The notes below the pieces were generated by a model. It searched no databases. It worked only from the letters and a program-made list of their open reading frames with translations, and had not been told where the DNA came from. From Bacteroidaceae bacterium (GTDB lineage Bacteria > Bacteroidota > Bacteroidia > Bacteroidales > Barnesiellaceae_A), in NCBI GenBank assembly GCA_017410245.1, contig JAFQRE010000016.1, positions 5,704-69,703 of the forward strand: a stretch of DNA of 64,000 nucleotides, written 5' to 3'. The position numbers and the translations under genes are program-made. Below, piece by piece: positions 38,807 to 49,678 of this stretch. Each line of letters begins with the position of its first letter. The stretch's first letter is position 1.

Positions 38807-41026
38807 TTACAACTTCAAGATTCTCTTCGACTCTGAGCCGACTCTTACAATATATGCTCCGGGCAATAACTCATTCACATCGATATACTCGGTATCACTT
38901 GCCACTGTCACACAGCGCACCATAGTGCCATCGACACTATATATAGTCACAACACTACCCAAAGTAGCACCTTGCACTATGAGGTAATGAGTAGCCGGAT
39001 TGGGATAGACGCTTACACTCGTCATTACTACCTCCTCTACTGCATTATATACAGCTGTTGTAAACGAGCCTACAGCTTGAGAAATAACAAATCCATCTTC
39101 GTTACGGCCATCGAGTTGATAGTAATAGTTGGTCTCGGGCGACAAGCCCTCAATCATATAGCTTACATACGAGCCTGAACGTGTATCTATCACATTACCT
39201 TCGGCATCGAAATGGAGCGTATAGAGAACATAAGTCATATCGGCATCGGCATAGATAGTGAGTTCATACACATCTACACCCTCCTCAAGCTCCCATGTAA
39301 AATATACTTGATTGCTCTCGGCCGATGTTTGCACATCGTTATCGCCGGGGATAGGAACAAAGACTGCAATTAAGTTGCGATTTTCTTTTACCACAAACTC
39401 ATAGGTGTCGGTGTTACAAACCTCTACACCATCTTCTACCCACGATGCAAATCTATATCCACTATGAGCCACAGCTTGCAGAGAGGCAATATCGCCTTCT
39501 TCATACTCGGTCTCGCCCAACACTATACCGGCATTGAGTATATTGAGAGTCACCGATATAGATATGGGTTGCTGGGCTTGTATATAATAGAAATCTTTCC
39601 AACCTGTACTGCGGGCATACAACTCATCGGCCTTATAGGGCACATGCAACACACAAGTAGCAGTGCGCACACCCATAAATGTGTTGTCGAAGCAAGCGGC
39701 CGGAGAGGCTCCTTGACAATAGATGTGCTCCAGCCCGGCACAGCCATAGAAGGCCTTCTCACCCACCATATACACCGAAGCCGGAATTGTCACCTCCTTG
39801 AGGGTAGAGAAGCCATACAACGCACCATAACTCAACTCCGAGCAACCATCGGCGATAGTAAGTTTCTCCAACTTGGGTGATACATAGAATGTCTTAGACT
39901 TGTCAGTAGCATAATACTGCGTCACCGCTCGCATACTTTCGTCTTTATATGTACCCCAAAGAGCACCCAACAAGCCTTTCTCGCCGGTAGCAGTCGAACG
40001 CTCGCCACAGCCAACAAATGGTATAGTCAAATCGGTCAAATCGCTCATATCGGCAAATGTGCCGGTTGCCATCGACTCCAAACTTGCTATATTGAGTTGC
40101 TTTAAGCTATAGAATTGGGACAAATCTATCGGCATCTCCTTCACATTAGGCAGTACCAAAGTATCTATTTGATTGGCGATGTTATATTGGTACATGTTGT
40201 ACTTAAAGTTATAATGGAAAATGTCGAAAAACTCTTCTGTCATCATCGTCACTTTATGCAGTGAGTTACAGTTATAGAAAGCTCTGTCATTAATTTTAGT
40301 CACACCTCCGGCTATATACACCGACTTCAAATTGGTACAACCCGAAAATGCATACTCCCCGATTGTTGTTACGCTATGTGGGATAGATATAGACTTCAAA
40401 CCCGTACAATTATAAAAAACATCATCACCAATCTGTATAAGTGTACTTGGGAGCGTAACAGATGTAAGATTGTTCCAATTATAAAAAGCCGCATTGCTTA
40501 TAGCAGTAACCCCCTCAGGTATAACCAAATCGGTCACAAGCACATCATTTACATAGAGTTCTTTTGCCTCATAATTATAGTAAAATGGATTTGATTTACC
40601 GCCACCTATATCAATCTTACACCAAGCTGCAATGTCTGTAATATAAAGACGTTTCAAGGCCGTACAATCTCCAAAGGCATCATAGCCAATGTAGGCAATA
40701 CTTTTGGGCAAAGAGATAGAAGTCAGGTTGGGACACCCTTCAAATGTACGATTATCTATACCAACAACCTTCAAAGTCTTGCTTTTATAGACAACAGTTT
40801 CGGGTATCACAAGATCGCCCTTATACTCATTATTATAGCTATTACTGCTATTTCCGCGATATGTAACCACGACCTCGGTATCTGATTTATTATAATCTTC
40901 ATCTACTACATAATTGTAGTAGATTCCATCTTGATTGAAATCATTTGCTACAATGGACACATTAGCCCCCAGTACAAAGGCTACTAATAACAGTATCACT
41001 CTATACCAATACTCGTTTCTTTTCAT
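38807..41026 (-). CDS. BspA-type leucine-rich repeat surface protein with InlB-B-like and FN3-like domains and a T9SS CTD
   Basis: 23-aa TpLRR repeats (VTTIGEYAFSGCTNLKSV); GYRFASW; GLSPETNYYY; CTD VSVYPNPA...LLPGAYIVRV. Confidence 0.88.
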   Translation of the reverse strand: MKRNEYWYRVILLLVAFVLGANVSIVANDFNQDGIYYNYVVDEDYNKSDTEVVVTYRGNSSNSYNNEYKGDLVIPETVVYKSKTLKVVGIDNRTFEGCPNLTSISLPKSIAYIGYDAFGDCTALKRLYITDIAAWCKIDIGGGKSNPFYYNYEAKELYVNDVLVTDLVIPEGVTAISNAAFYNWNNLTSVTLPSTLIQIGDDVFYNCTGLKSISIPHSVTTIGEYAFSGCTNLKSVYIAGGVTKINDRAFYNCNSLHKVTMMTEEFFDIFHYNFKYNMYQYNIANQIDTLVLPNVKEMPIDLSQFYSLKQLNIASLESMATGTFADMSDLTDLTIPFVGCGERSTATGEKGLLGALWGTYKDESMRAVTQYYATDKSKTFYVSPKLEKLTIADGCSELSYGALYGFSTLKEVTIPASVYMVGEKAFYGCAGLEHIYCQGASPAACFDNTFMGVRTATCVLHVPYKADELYARSTGWKDFYYIQAQQPISISVTLNILNAGIVLGETEYEEGDIASLQAVAHSGYRFASWVEDGVEVCNTDTYEFVVKENRNLIAVFVPIPGDNDVQTSAESNQVYFTWELEEGVDVYELTIYADADMTYVLYTLHFDAEGNVIDTRSGSYVSYMIEGLSPETNYYYQLDGRNEDGFVISQAVGSFTTAVYNAVEEVVMTSVSVYPNPATHYLIVQGATLGSVVTIYSVDGTMVRCVTVASDTEYIDVNELLPGAYIVRVGSESKRILKL

Positions 41027-41067
41027 AGCTGTTTAATTTTGATGTTTATAGCTTTTCTATCGCATTG

Positions 41068-44000
41068 CTACGACAACTTAAATTCTATATCTGCCTCGTC
41101 CCAGTCTTTCAAGAAGTCTATCAGTTCGCGAGTGAGCATACACTTGCGACGTGAGCGCATCGACACCTGACGGCCTATCTTCTCGTCGATAATACGGAAC
41201 ACAACCTCAATACTATTATGAGGAGTCTCTTTCATACGCTCAGACAAAGATTCGATAAACGACGGTGTGAATGCGCTGAGCGACAATGTGATAGAGAGTT
41301 TACTAAACATTTTTCCCTGCATGTCGGCCAACAAGTCGATAGAACGTATAGTGAAATTGATATTGTCATTGTAACGACTGCGCTCATATATACCTCGCAC
41401 ATAGATAAATGTAGCACTATCTACACGACCGAAGTTGCTATACTTCACATAGTCGCGCCCGAAGAGCGCAAGCTCGTCCGATCCCGAGTAGTCCTCTATC
41501 TTGAGGAACGCATAAGGATTACCGTTCTTACCCACCTTCTCGCGATAGCCTACAATGACACCTCCAAATGTAATTTCACGCCCCAACAACTCACTCTTGT
41601 TCTTGATATCGACCATGCGGGTATTGCAACCATACTCCAACTCCAGCTTATAAGGATCGAGCGGGTGTGCCGACAGATAGAGTCCTACTAATGCTTTCTC
41701 TCGTTCGAGACGTGTTATCTGAGGCATCTCGGCAACCATAGGAACTTGAGGTTTGGCTGTAGTTGTCTCCATCACAGCATCGCCCCACAACGAGGTCACT
41801 TGCGACGAGCGTTCGGTCTGTACACGTTGGCCATATCGCACCAGTAGGTCAATAAACCCTTGTTCGCCCTCGGGTGCCGGCAAGAAGTTCTCACGTTTCA
41901 CTTCGGTAAAGCCATCGAAAGCACCGGCTGTTGCAAGCGACTCGATGGTTTTCTTGCCACATGCCGACAGATTGACACGCTCTACAAAGTCGTATATTGA
42001 TGTAAAGTTTCCGTTTTTGTTACGCTCGTTGATGATAGCCATCACAGCAGCCTCGCCAACGCCCTTGATAGCACCCAAACCAAAACGTATGTCACCTCGC
42101 TTATTGACCGAGAACTTCAACTGACTCTCATTGATATCGGGTCCGAGTACCTCTATCTTCATGGCCTTACATTCGCTCATAAACTTGGTGACATCGTTTA
42201 TATCCGAAAGGTTGCGACTCAGCACAGCAGCCATATACTCCGAGGGATAATTGGCCTTGAGATAGGCTGTCTGGAAGGCTACCCACGAGTAGCATGTGGC
42301 ATGGCTCTTGTTGAAAGCATACGATGCAAACTTCTCCCAGTCGCCCCAAATCTTCTCCAACACCTCCTCTTTATAGTCGTGCTTCTTACCACCGTTGATA
42401 AACTTGGGCTTCAGTTCATCAAGTTTATCCTTTAGTTTTTTACCCATCGCCTTACGCAATGCGTCCGACTCGCCACGAGTAAAGTCGGCCAGAAGGCGCG
42501 ACAACAACATGACTTGCTCTTGATATACCGTTATACCATAGGTATCCTTCAGATACTTCTCCATGATGGGTATATCGTAGGTAATGGGCTCACGTCCATG
42601 CTTACGCGCAATAAACTGCGGAATGTAGTCCATAGGGCCGGGACGATACAACGCGTTCATGGCGATAAGGTCCTCGAATGTAGAGGGTTGCAACTCACGC
42701 AGATACTTCTGCATACCGGGTGACTCAAATTGGAATGTACCCGTTGTACGACCATCGCAATAGAGTTTGTAGGTAGCAGCATCGTCGATGGGTATATTGT
42801 CAATATCTATCTCTTTGCCTGTACGCAAGCGTATATTTTCGAGGGCCTCTTTGATGATGGATAGTGTCTTCAATCCCAAGAAGTCCATTTTAATCATACC
42901 GGTATCTTCGATGACACTGCCCTCATATTGAGTTACCAGCATCTTCTCGCCGGTAGTTTTGTCATCGGCAGTGCTCACAGGTACCCAATCGGTAATGTCG
43001 TCACGACCGATAATTACACCGCAAGCATGCACACCGGTATTGCGCACATTACCCTCAAGCATCTGTGCATAGCGCATTGTGTCGGCTATCTTCTTATCCT
43101 TGCTCTCACAAGCCTCGCGCAATTCGGCTACCGAGGCAATGCAGTTTTTCAAATTCATCTTCAACGGCTTACCATCAACCTCGGGCAAGCGGTCGGGTAT
43201 AAGCTTGGTTAGTCGGTCACTCTCGGGGATAGGCACTTTCTGCACACGTGCCACATCTTTGATAGCCAACTTGGTAGCCATCGTACCATAGGTAATGATG
43301 TGAGCCACTTTTTCATGGCCATATTTCTCAGTCACCCAATTGAGTACCTGTCCACGACCATCATCATCAAAGTCGATATCAATATCGGGCAGTGAAATAC
43401 GGTCGGGGTTGAGGAAACGCTCAAACAGCAAGTCATACTTGATAGGGTCTATCTGCGTGATACCCAAGCAATATGCCACGCACGAGCCGGCAGCCGAGCC
43501 ACGACCCGGGCCTACCGACACACCCATTTCACGAGCGGCTGCTATAAAGTCTTGCACAATGAGGAAGTAACCCGGGAAACCCATCGTCTTCATAATGTGC
43601 AACTCAAATGTCATACGCTCCATCACCTCATCAGATAGTGGCATGGGATAGCGTTTGGCGGCACCATCAAAGGCAAGTTTTTTCAGATAATCGGCTTCGA
43701 GTTTGATACGATACAACTTATCGTAACCACCCAACTTCTCTATCTTATCGCGGGCTTTCTCCTCACTGAGCACCACTTCGCCATTTTCGTTGCGAGTAAA
43801 CTCATTGAAGAGGTCTTCCTCGGTAAACTGACGGCGATAACCCTCCTCGGTACCAAACTCCTCGGGAATGGCAAATGTGGGCATAATGGGGGCGTGGTCT
43901 ATCGAGTAAAACTCTACCTTATCTATAATTTCGAGGGTGTTGCTCATGGCCTCGGGTATATCACCAAAGACTGCAGCCATTTCATCGCGAGTCTTAAACC

Positions 44001-44892
44001 ACTCTTGCTTACTATAGAGCATACGATTGGGGTCATCAAGATCTTTACCCGTATTGAGGCAGATAAGACGGTCGTGTGCCTCGGCATTCTCCTCGTTTAC
44101 AAAGTGTACGTCGTTGGTACATATGAGCTTTATATCATTGCGACGAGCTATATCGATAAGATGTTTCTCCACCTCAATCTGCTTCTCATACACATCATGC
44201 GCAGCGCGTGGAACGGTTGCTTTGTGTCGTTGCAACTCGATGTAGTAGTCCTCTCCCCATATTCCTTTAAACCATTTGGCAGCCTCCTCGGCCTCGGTTA
44301 TCTCGCCACTCATAATCTTCTTGGGCAACTCGCCACCCAAGCAAGCCGAACAGACAATAAGTCCCTCACTATACTTCTCCAACTCGCTCTTATCGGTACG
44401 AGGGTGGTAATAGTATCCCCGTGTCCAAGCATTAGATACTATCTTGATGAGGTTTTTATATCCCTTCAAGTTCTTGGCCAACAATATCAAGTGCCAACCT
44501 CCGGCATCGTACTTGTCGGCACGTTGATCCATCGAGCGACGCGCCACATACACCTCACAGCCCAATATGGGTTTGAATATCTTCTTCTCCTCCTTAGCAA
44601 GCTCGGCACGACAATCGGCAATAGCCTGCTCGCTATTGTCCGCCTCCTCCTTGCCCTCTTCAAGCTCCTTCAAGCGTTTCTGCAGGGCTTTAATATTGTC
44701 CTTTACTTTTCCATTTTTCTTCTTTACATAGTTGAAGAACTCTTTAATACCAAACATATTGCCATGGTCGGTAAGTGCCATACCGGGCTGACCATCGCCT
44801 ATAGCTTTATCGACAAGAGCGGCAATAGAAGCTTGTCCATCGAGCACCGAATATTGCGAGTGAACGTGCAAGTGTACAAAAGGAAGTTGCAT
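41068..44892 (-). CDS. dnaE: DNA polymerase III alpha subunit
   Basis: HLHVHSQYS PHP motif; GPGRGSAAGS, PDIDIDF, KMDFLGL and YAFNKSH motifs; C-terminal OB fold. Confidence 0.98.
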   Translation of the reverse strand: MQLPFVHLHVHSQYSVLDGQASIAALVDKAIGDGQPGMALTDHGNMFGIKEFFNYVKKKNGKVKDNIKALQKRLKELEEGKEEADNSEQAIADCRAELAKEEKKIFKPILGCEVYVARRSMDQRADKYDAGGWHLILLAKNLKGYKNLIKIVSNAWTRGYYYHPRTDKSELEKYSEGLIVCSACLGGELPKKIMSGEITEAEEAAKWFKGIWGEDYYIELQRHKATVPRAAHDVYEKQIEVEKHLIDIARRNDIKLICTNDVHFVNEENAEAHDRLICLNTGKDLDDPNRMLYSKQEWFKTRDEMAAVFGDIPEAMSNTLEIIDKVEFYSIDHAPIMPTFAIPEEFGTEEGYRRQFTEEDLFNEFTRNENGEVVLSEEKARDKIEKLGGYDKLYRIKLEADYLKKLAFDGAAKRYPMPLSDEVMERMTFELHIMKTMGFPGYFLIVQDFIAAAREMGVSVGPGRGSAAGSCVAYCLGITQIDPIKYDLLFERFLNPDRISLPDIDIDFDDDGRGQVLNWVTEKYGHEKVAHIITYGTMATKLAIKDVARVQKVPIPESDRLTKLIPDRLPEVDGKPLKMNLKNCIASVAELREACESKDKKIADTMRYAQMLEGNVRNTGVHACGVIIGRDDITDWVPVSTADDKTTGEKMLVTQYEGSVIEDTGMIKMDFLGLKTLSIIKEALENIRLRTGKEIDIDNIPIDDAATYKLYCDGRTTGTFQFESPGMQKYLRELQPSTFEDLIAMNALYRPGPMDYIPQFIARKHGREPITYDIPIMEKYLKDTYGITVYQEQVMLLSRLLADFTRGESDALRKAMGKKLKDKLDELKPKFINGGKKHDYKEEVLEKIWGDWEKFASYAFNKSHATCYSWVAFQTAYLKANYPSEYMAAVLSRNLSDINDVTKFMSECKAMKIEVLGPDINESQLKFSVNKRGDIRFGLGAIKGVGEAAVMAIINERNKNGNFTSIYDFVERVNLSACGKKTIESLATAGAFDGFTEVKRENFLPAPEGEQGFIDLLVRYGQRVQTERSSQVTSLWGDAVMETTTAKPQVPMVAEMPQITRLEREKALVGLYLSAHPLDPYKLELEYGCNTRMVDIKNKSELLGREITFGGVIVGYREKVGKNGNPYAFLKIEDYSGSDELALFGRDYVKYSNFGRVDSATFIYVRGIYERSRYNDNINFTIRSIDLLADMQGKMFSKLSITLSLSAFTPSFIESLSERMKETPHNSIEVVFRIIDEKIGRQVSMRSRRKCMLTRELIDFLKDWDEADIEFKLS

Positions 44893-45183
44893 ATATAGTG
44901 TTTTTAAAGGGGTGAGACCTGTTTTTCAATAATACGATTTAAAGCTATAAAGATACATTATTTACAGCAAGAATAAAAGAGAAAAAACGAATTGTTTTCA
45001 ACATACTTTCAACACATCGCAACATACCTTTATACAGGTACACGATAAAAAAAGTATTGCGCATCATCATGACGGCAATACTTACATTTTCACTTTACAC
45101 CAACAACAATATGCTATTATTTATATCAGCACCACTTATTGAGTTATACGGTCTGTTATCTTCTTATGTGCTTGTATTTAGGC

Positions 45184-45900
45184 TTATTTTCTTATTGTAT
45201 CTACCTCGACAACAGGCTCCTCTACTACCACACCCTCGGGCAGTGTAAAATCATACTTATAGTAGGCCATATATCTTTTTCCTTCGGCATTGATACATTC
45301 TATGGTAAGGGTATGTGTAGATAGCTCGGCAGGCTCTACATCAAAGATAAGATATATATTTTGTATAGCCAACTCTAAATCATCGGGTTGCAGATTGGCA
45401 AGCGAAACTGTTTTTTCGGCAATAGGTAAATATTCGTCAGAATATCCGCTATTGATATAATCCCTTGCATTTTGAAATCTCACCGACATCACATCATTTA
45501 GCAAAGTACCGGCAGGGTGTTGGGCATCGAAGTCTTTGTCACTATACACATTGATAGCACCGAAATGCGGATATATAGCATGAGTGAGAGGCAGGCCGAA
45601 CGGACGACCTTCTTCCTTATTGTACGACATATCATTATAGCGACGGCACAACTCGTCATACAATTTCTTATCAGAACCCTCCGACTTGAAATTGACACTC
45701 CCTATCTCATCAATACACAGAGACAAATGCTTGGTCGAGGTAGAAGCCATTGTTCGTTTCACACTGATACCATTATACATGACAAACTCTTCGATGAACG
45801 AACGTAAATAGTAAGGCTCGCCACCATAACACCCGCTCAACACAAAGAGCGTGGCTATAAGCAACACTCTATAACCCTTATTACTCCTAACACTTTTCAT
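45184..45900 (-). CDS. Hypothetical lipoprotein
   Basis: Lipobox LSGC; has its own promoter; no function recognised. Confidence 0.65.
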   Translation of the reverse strand: MKSVRSNKGYRVLLIATLFVLSGCYGGEPYYLRSFIEEFVMYNGISVKRTMASTSTKHLSLCIDEIGSVNFKSEGSDKKLYDELCRRYNDMSYNKEEGRPFGLPLTHAIYPHFGAINVYSDKDFDAQHPAGTLLNDVMSVRFQNARDYINSGYSDEYLPIAEKTVSLANLQPDDLELAIQNIYLIFDVEPAELSTHTLTIECINAEGKRYMAYYKYDFTLPEGVVVEEPVVEVDTIRK

Positions 45901-45983
45901 ATCATCATTTTTATTAATTAGTTTATAATAATATTCCTAACACAAAGTTTGCAAGCAGAGCATATCATAACAAATACTACACG

Positions 45984-46015
45984 CAAATATAGCCATTATC
46001 GACAATGTTTACAAA
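45984..46015 (-). promoter_or_regulatory. Sigma-A promoter for the lipoprotein
   Basis: Minus strand TTTG-N20-TATATTTG. Confidence 0.7.
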
Positions 46016-46040
46016 CTATAAACGATGAAATTAAAGACAA

Positions 46041-46072
46041 CGAGAGGCTTCACCGTGGGGTGTAGCCTCTCG
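46041..46072 (-). terminator. Terminator after nifJ
   Basis: cgagaggct ... agcctctcg stem extended by cacc/ggtg. Confidence 0.7.
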
Positions 46073-46108
46073 CTATATCAGATAATACTATGTATTATGG
46101 TTGCGTTA

Positions 46109-49100
46109 TTATTCCTCCCACTTTTGGTTGGCTTGGCGGAGATAGCTCTTATAGCGCCATTGAGCATTTTCCTTGGCAGCGGCAAAGAGTTGCTCAGCCT
46201 CGGCGGGATATTGCTTCAATACCGAAGCAAAGCGTACCTCGCCCTTGAGGAAGTCGTCAAACTTATCCCATTGAGGCTCTTTAGAGTCGAGAGTGAAGGG
46301 GTTCTTACCCTCAGCCTCGAGAGCGGGATTGTAACGCCACAAGTGCCAGTATCCGCACTCAACAGCAGCAGCCTCCTCGGCTTGCGACTTGCCCATACCC
46401 TTCTTCAAGCCGTGGTTGATACAGGGTGCATAAGCAATTACCAACGAAGGACCGGGATATGCCTCAGCCTCGCGGATAGCTTTGAGTGTTTGTGCTTGGT
46501 CGGCACCCATCGCGATTTGTGCTACATAAACATAACCATAGGTTGTAGCAATCATACCGAGGTCTTTCTTGCGAACACGTTTACCCGCTGCAGCGAACTT
46601 AGCAATAGCGCCGATAGGAGTAGATTTAGATGACTGACCACCGGTATTTGAGTAAACCTCGGTATCGAGAACGAGGATATTGATGTCCTTGCCCGAAGCG
46701 ATAACGTGGTCGAGACCACCGTAACCGATATCATACGAAGCACCGTCACCACCGATAATCCATTGTGAACGACGTACGAGGAAGCTGCTCAAAGCATTGA
46801 TTTTCTTGCAGCAGTCGCAATCGCAAGCGGCAACAAGAGGTTTAATCTTGGCAGCCAAGGCAAGTGTAGCCTCGCCATCTTCGCGTTTCTCCAACCACTC
46901 GGCAAAGAGAGCCTTCATCTCGTCGGTGCAGCAGTCGCACTTCAAGCCGGCCTCCATAGCCTCAACAAGGCGAGCGCGCATCTTGTCGTTGGCAAGTGTC
47001 ATACCCAAACCATACTCGCAGAAGTCCTCGAAGAGTGAGTTACCCCATGCAGGACCGCGACCATCGGCATTGGTAGTATAGGGAGTAGAGGGAACAGAAC
47101 CTGAGTAGATAGATGAGCAACCTGTTGCATTGGCAACCATCTCGCGCTCACCGAAGAGTTGAGTGAGAAGTTTCACATAGGGAGTCTCACCACAACCCGA
47201 GCATGCACCTGAGAACTCAAACAAAGGAGTAGCAAATTGTGAGTTCTTGGGATTGCTCTTCACATCAACAAGGTTTTGTTTGCTCTTCACGTTCTTCACG
47301 CAGTAATCCCAGTTGGCAGCCTCGGGCAATTGGCCTTCGAGGGGAACCATTGTGAGGGCCTTACCATCTTTGTTGCCGGGACATACATCGGCACAGTTGC
47401 CACAAGCCAAGCAGTCGAGAACACTCACTTGCATGCGGAAGTGCATACCCTTCATTGCAGCAGGAGCCTTCATCTCGATAGCCTCGAAGTTGGCACCGGC
47501 CATCTCTTGCTCATCGAGCACGAAGGGACGGATACAAGCGTGAGGACAAACAAATGCACACTTGTTACATTGGATACAGTTGGCAGCATTCCATGAGGGA
47601 ACAAAAGCAGCCACACCACGTTTCTCATACTTGGCAGTACCGGCCTCCCAAGCACCGTCTTCGATACCTACGAAGTCCGACACCTTGAGCAAGTCGCCAT
47701 CTTGTGCATTGATGGGACGTACAATCTTGTTTACAAACTCGGGATCGTTGTTCTCGGCCTTGGCATCGTTTTCGAGAGTAGCCCAAGCAGGATCGATAGC
47801 GAGTTGTTTATACTCATTACCACGATCTACAGCAGCGTAGTTCTTGTTCACTACATCTTCACCCTTCTTACCGTATGACTTCACGATAAATTTCTTCATT
47901 TGCTCGATAGCCAAATCAACGGGAATAACCTCGGTGATGCGGAAGAATGCCGATTGAAGGATTGTATTTGTGCGGTTGCCAAGACCTATCTCTTGTGCTA
48001 TTTGAGTAGCGTTGATATAGTAAACGGTGATGTTCTTCTCGGCGAAGTAACGTTTAACTCGGTTGGGAAGGTGTTTAGCCAACTCCTCACCACTCCACAC
48101 TGTATTGAGCAAGAATGTACCATTCTCACGCAAACCACGAGTAACATCATACATGTTCAAGTATGCTTGTACGTGGCAAGCTACAAAGTTGGGAGTATTT
48201 ACCAAGTAGGTAGAGCGAATGGGATTGTCTCCAAAACGGAGGTGTGAGCAAGTGAAACCACCCGACTTCTTCGAGTCATAAGCAAAGTATGCTTGGCAAT
48301 ATTTGTTGGTATTGTCACCAATAATCTTGATTGAGTTCTTGTTAGCACCTACAGTACCATCGGCACCCAAGCCATAGAATTTGGCTTCATACATACCCTC
48401 GCCACCAAGAGCTATCTCCTCTTTCATGGGGAGCGAAGTAAATGTAACGTCATCTACGATACCGAGAGTGAAGTGATCCTTGGGTTGAGGTAAAGCCAAG
48501 TTCTCATACACTGCGATGATTTGAGCAGGAGTAGTATCTTTCGAAGCCAAGCCATAACGACCACCTACGATAAGGGGAGCATTCTCTTGACCATAGAAGC
48601 ACTCTTTAACATCGAGATAGAGAGGCTCGGCATTAGCTCCGGGCTCTTTGGTACGGTCGAGTACTGCAATGCGCTTGGCAGTAGCAGGAACTGCAGCCAA
48701 GAAGTGTTTAGCCGAGAAGGGACGATACAAGTGTACCGACACAAGACCCACCTTCTCGCCTTGAGCTACAAGGTGATCAACAGCCTCACGGATAGCCTCG
48801 GTAGAAGAGCCCATTGCGATGATTACGCGCTCGGCATCTTCGGCACCATAGTAATCGAACAAGCCATATTTACGGCCAGTGATTTTGTATATCTCGTTCA
48901 TGTACTTCTCAACAATCTCGGGAACCGAAGCGTATGCAGTATTGCAAGCCTCACGGTGTTGGAAGAATACATCGCCATTCTCGGCCAAACCACGAGCTAT
49001 GGGAGCATCGGGAGTGAGTGCACGACGACGGAAGGCGGCAAGACCCTCTTGATTTACAAGCGGAGCAAGGTCTTCTTGGTCGATAGCCTCGATTTTTTGT

Positions 49101-49645
49101 ATCTCGTGCGAGGTGCGGAATCCGTCAAAGAAGTTGATGAAGGGTATGTGCGACTCGATAGTAGCCAAGTGAGCAACACCGGCCAAGTCCATAACCTCTT
49201 GTACCGAACCTTCGGCCAACATAGCGAAGCCTGTTTGACGACAAGCCATCACGTCTTGATGATCACCAAAGATACTCAAAGCATGAGAAGCCAATGTACG
49301 AGCCGATACGTGGAATACTGTGGGGAGCATTTCACCGGCAATCTTGTACATATTGGGTATCATCAAGAGGAGACCTTGTGAAGCTGTATAGGTTGTAGTC
49401 AAAGCTCCGGCGTGCAAAGAGCCATGCAAAGCTCCGGCAGCACCACCCTCCGACTGCATTTCTTGTACAAGCACTGTCTCACCGAAAATATTTTTACGTC
49501 CGGCAGCTGCCCACTCATCTACATATTCAGCCATTGTAGAAGAAGGGGTGATGGGATAGATAGCTGCTACTTCAGAGAACATATACGAGATATGCGCTGC
49601 AGCTTGATTACCATCACATGTCAAAAATTTCTTTTCTTTACTCAT
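46109..49645 (-). CDS. nifJ: Pyruvate:ferredoxin (flavodoxin) oxidoreductase
   Basis: YPITPS, EMQSEGGAAG, two CxxCxxCxxxC ferredoxin motifs, GACSGCGE and YSNTGGQ. Confidence 0.98.
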   Translation of the reverse strand: MSKEKKFLTCDGNQAAAHISYMFSEVAAIYPITPSSTMAEYVDEWAAAGRKNIFGETVLVQEMQSEGGAAGALHGSLHAGALTTTYTASQGLLLMIPNMYKIAGEMLPTVFHVSARTLASHALSIFGDHQDVMACRQTGFAMLAEGSVQEVMDLAGVAHLATIESHIPFINFFDGFRTSHEIQKIEAIDQEDLAPLVNQEGLAAFRRRALTPDAPIARGLAENGDVFFQHREACNTAYASVPEIVEKYMNEIYKITGRKYGLFDYYGAEDAERVIIAMGSSTEAIREAVDHLVAQGEKVGLVSVHLYRPFSAKHFLAAVPATAKRIAVLDRTKEPGANAEPLYLDVKECFYGQENAPLIVGGRYGLASKDTTPAQIIAVYENLALPQPKDHFTLGIVDDVTFTSLPMKEEIALGGEGMYEAKFYGLGADGTVGANKNSIKIIGDNTNKYCQAYFAYDSKKSGGFTCSHLRFGDNPIRSTYLVNTPNFVACHVQAYLNMYDVTRGLRENGTFLLNTVWSGEELAKHLPNRVKRYFAEKNITVYYINATQIAQEIGLGNRTNTILQSAFFRITEVIPVDLAIEQMKKFIVKSYGKKGEDVVNKNYAAVDRGNEYKQLAIDPAWATLENDAKAENNDPEFVNKIVRPINAQDGDLLKVSDFVGIEDGAWEAGTAKYEKRGVAAFVPSWNAANCIQCNKCAFVCPHACIRPFVLDEQEMAGANFEAIEMKAPAAMKGMHFRMQVSVLDCLACGNCADVCPGNKDGKALTMVPLEGQLPEAANWDYCVKNVKSKQNLVDVKSNPKNSQFATPLFEFSGACSGCGETPYVKLLTQLFGEREMVANATGCSSIYSGSVPSTPYTTNADGRGPAWGNSLFEDFCEYGLGMTLANDKMRARLVEAMEAGLKCDCCTDEMKALFAEWLEKREDGEATLALAAKIKPLVAACDCDCCKKINALSSFLVRRSQWIIGGDGASYDIGYGGLDHVIASGKDINILVLDTEVYSNTGGQSSKSTPIGAIAKFAAAGKRVRKKDLGMIATTYGYVYVAQIAMGADQAQTLKAIREAEAYPGPSLVIAYAPCINHGLKKGMGKSQAEEAAAVECGYWHLWRYNPALEAEGKNPFTLDSKEPQWDKFDDFLKGEVRFASVLKQYPAEAEQLFAAAKENAQWRYKSYLRQANQKWEE

Positions 49646-49678
49646 TGTCTAAAACTATATTAGGTTTTGTATATAATA

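Noticed and set aside
41068-44892. Possible intein in the long dnaE
   Set aside because: No intein splice-junction or LAGLIDADG motifs seen; the extra length is explained by short insertions.
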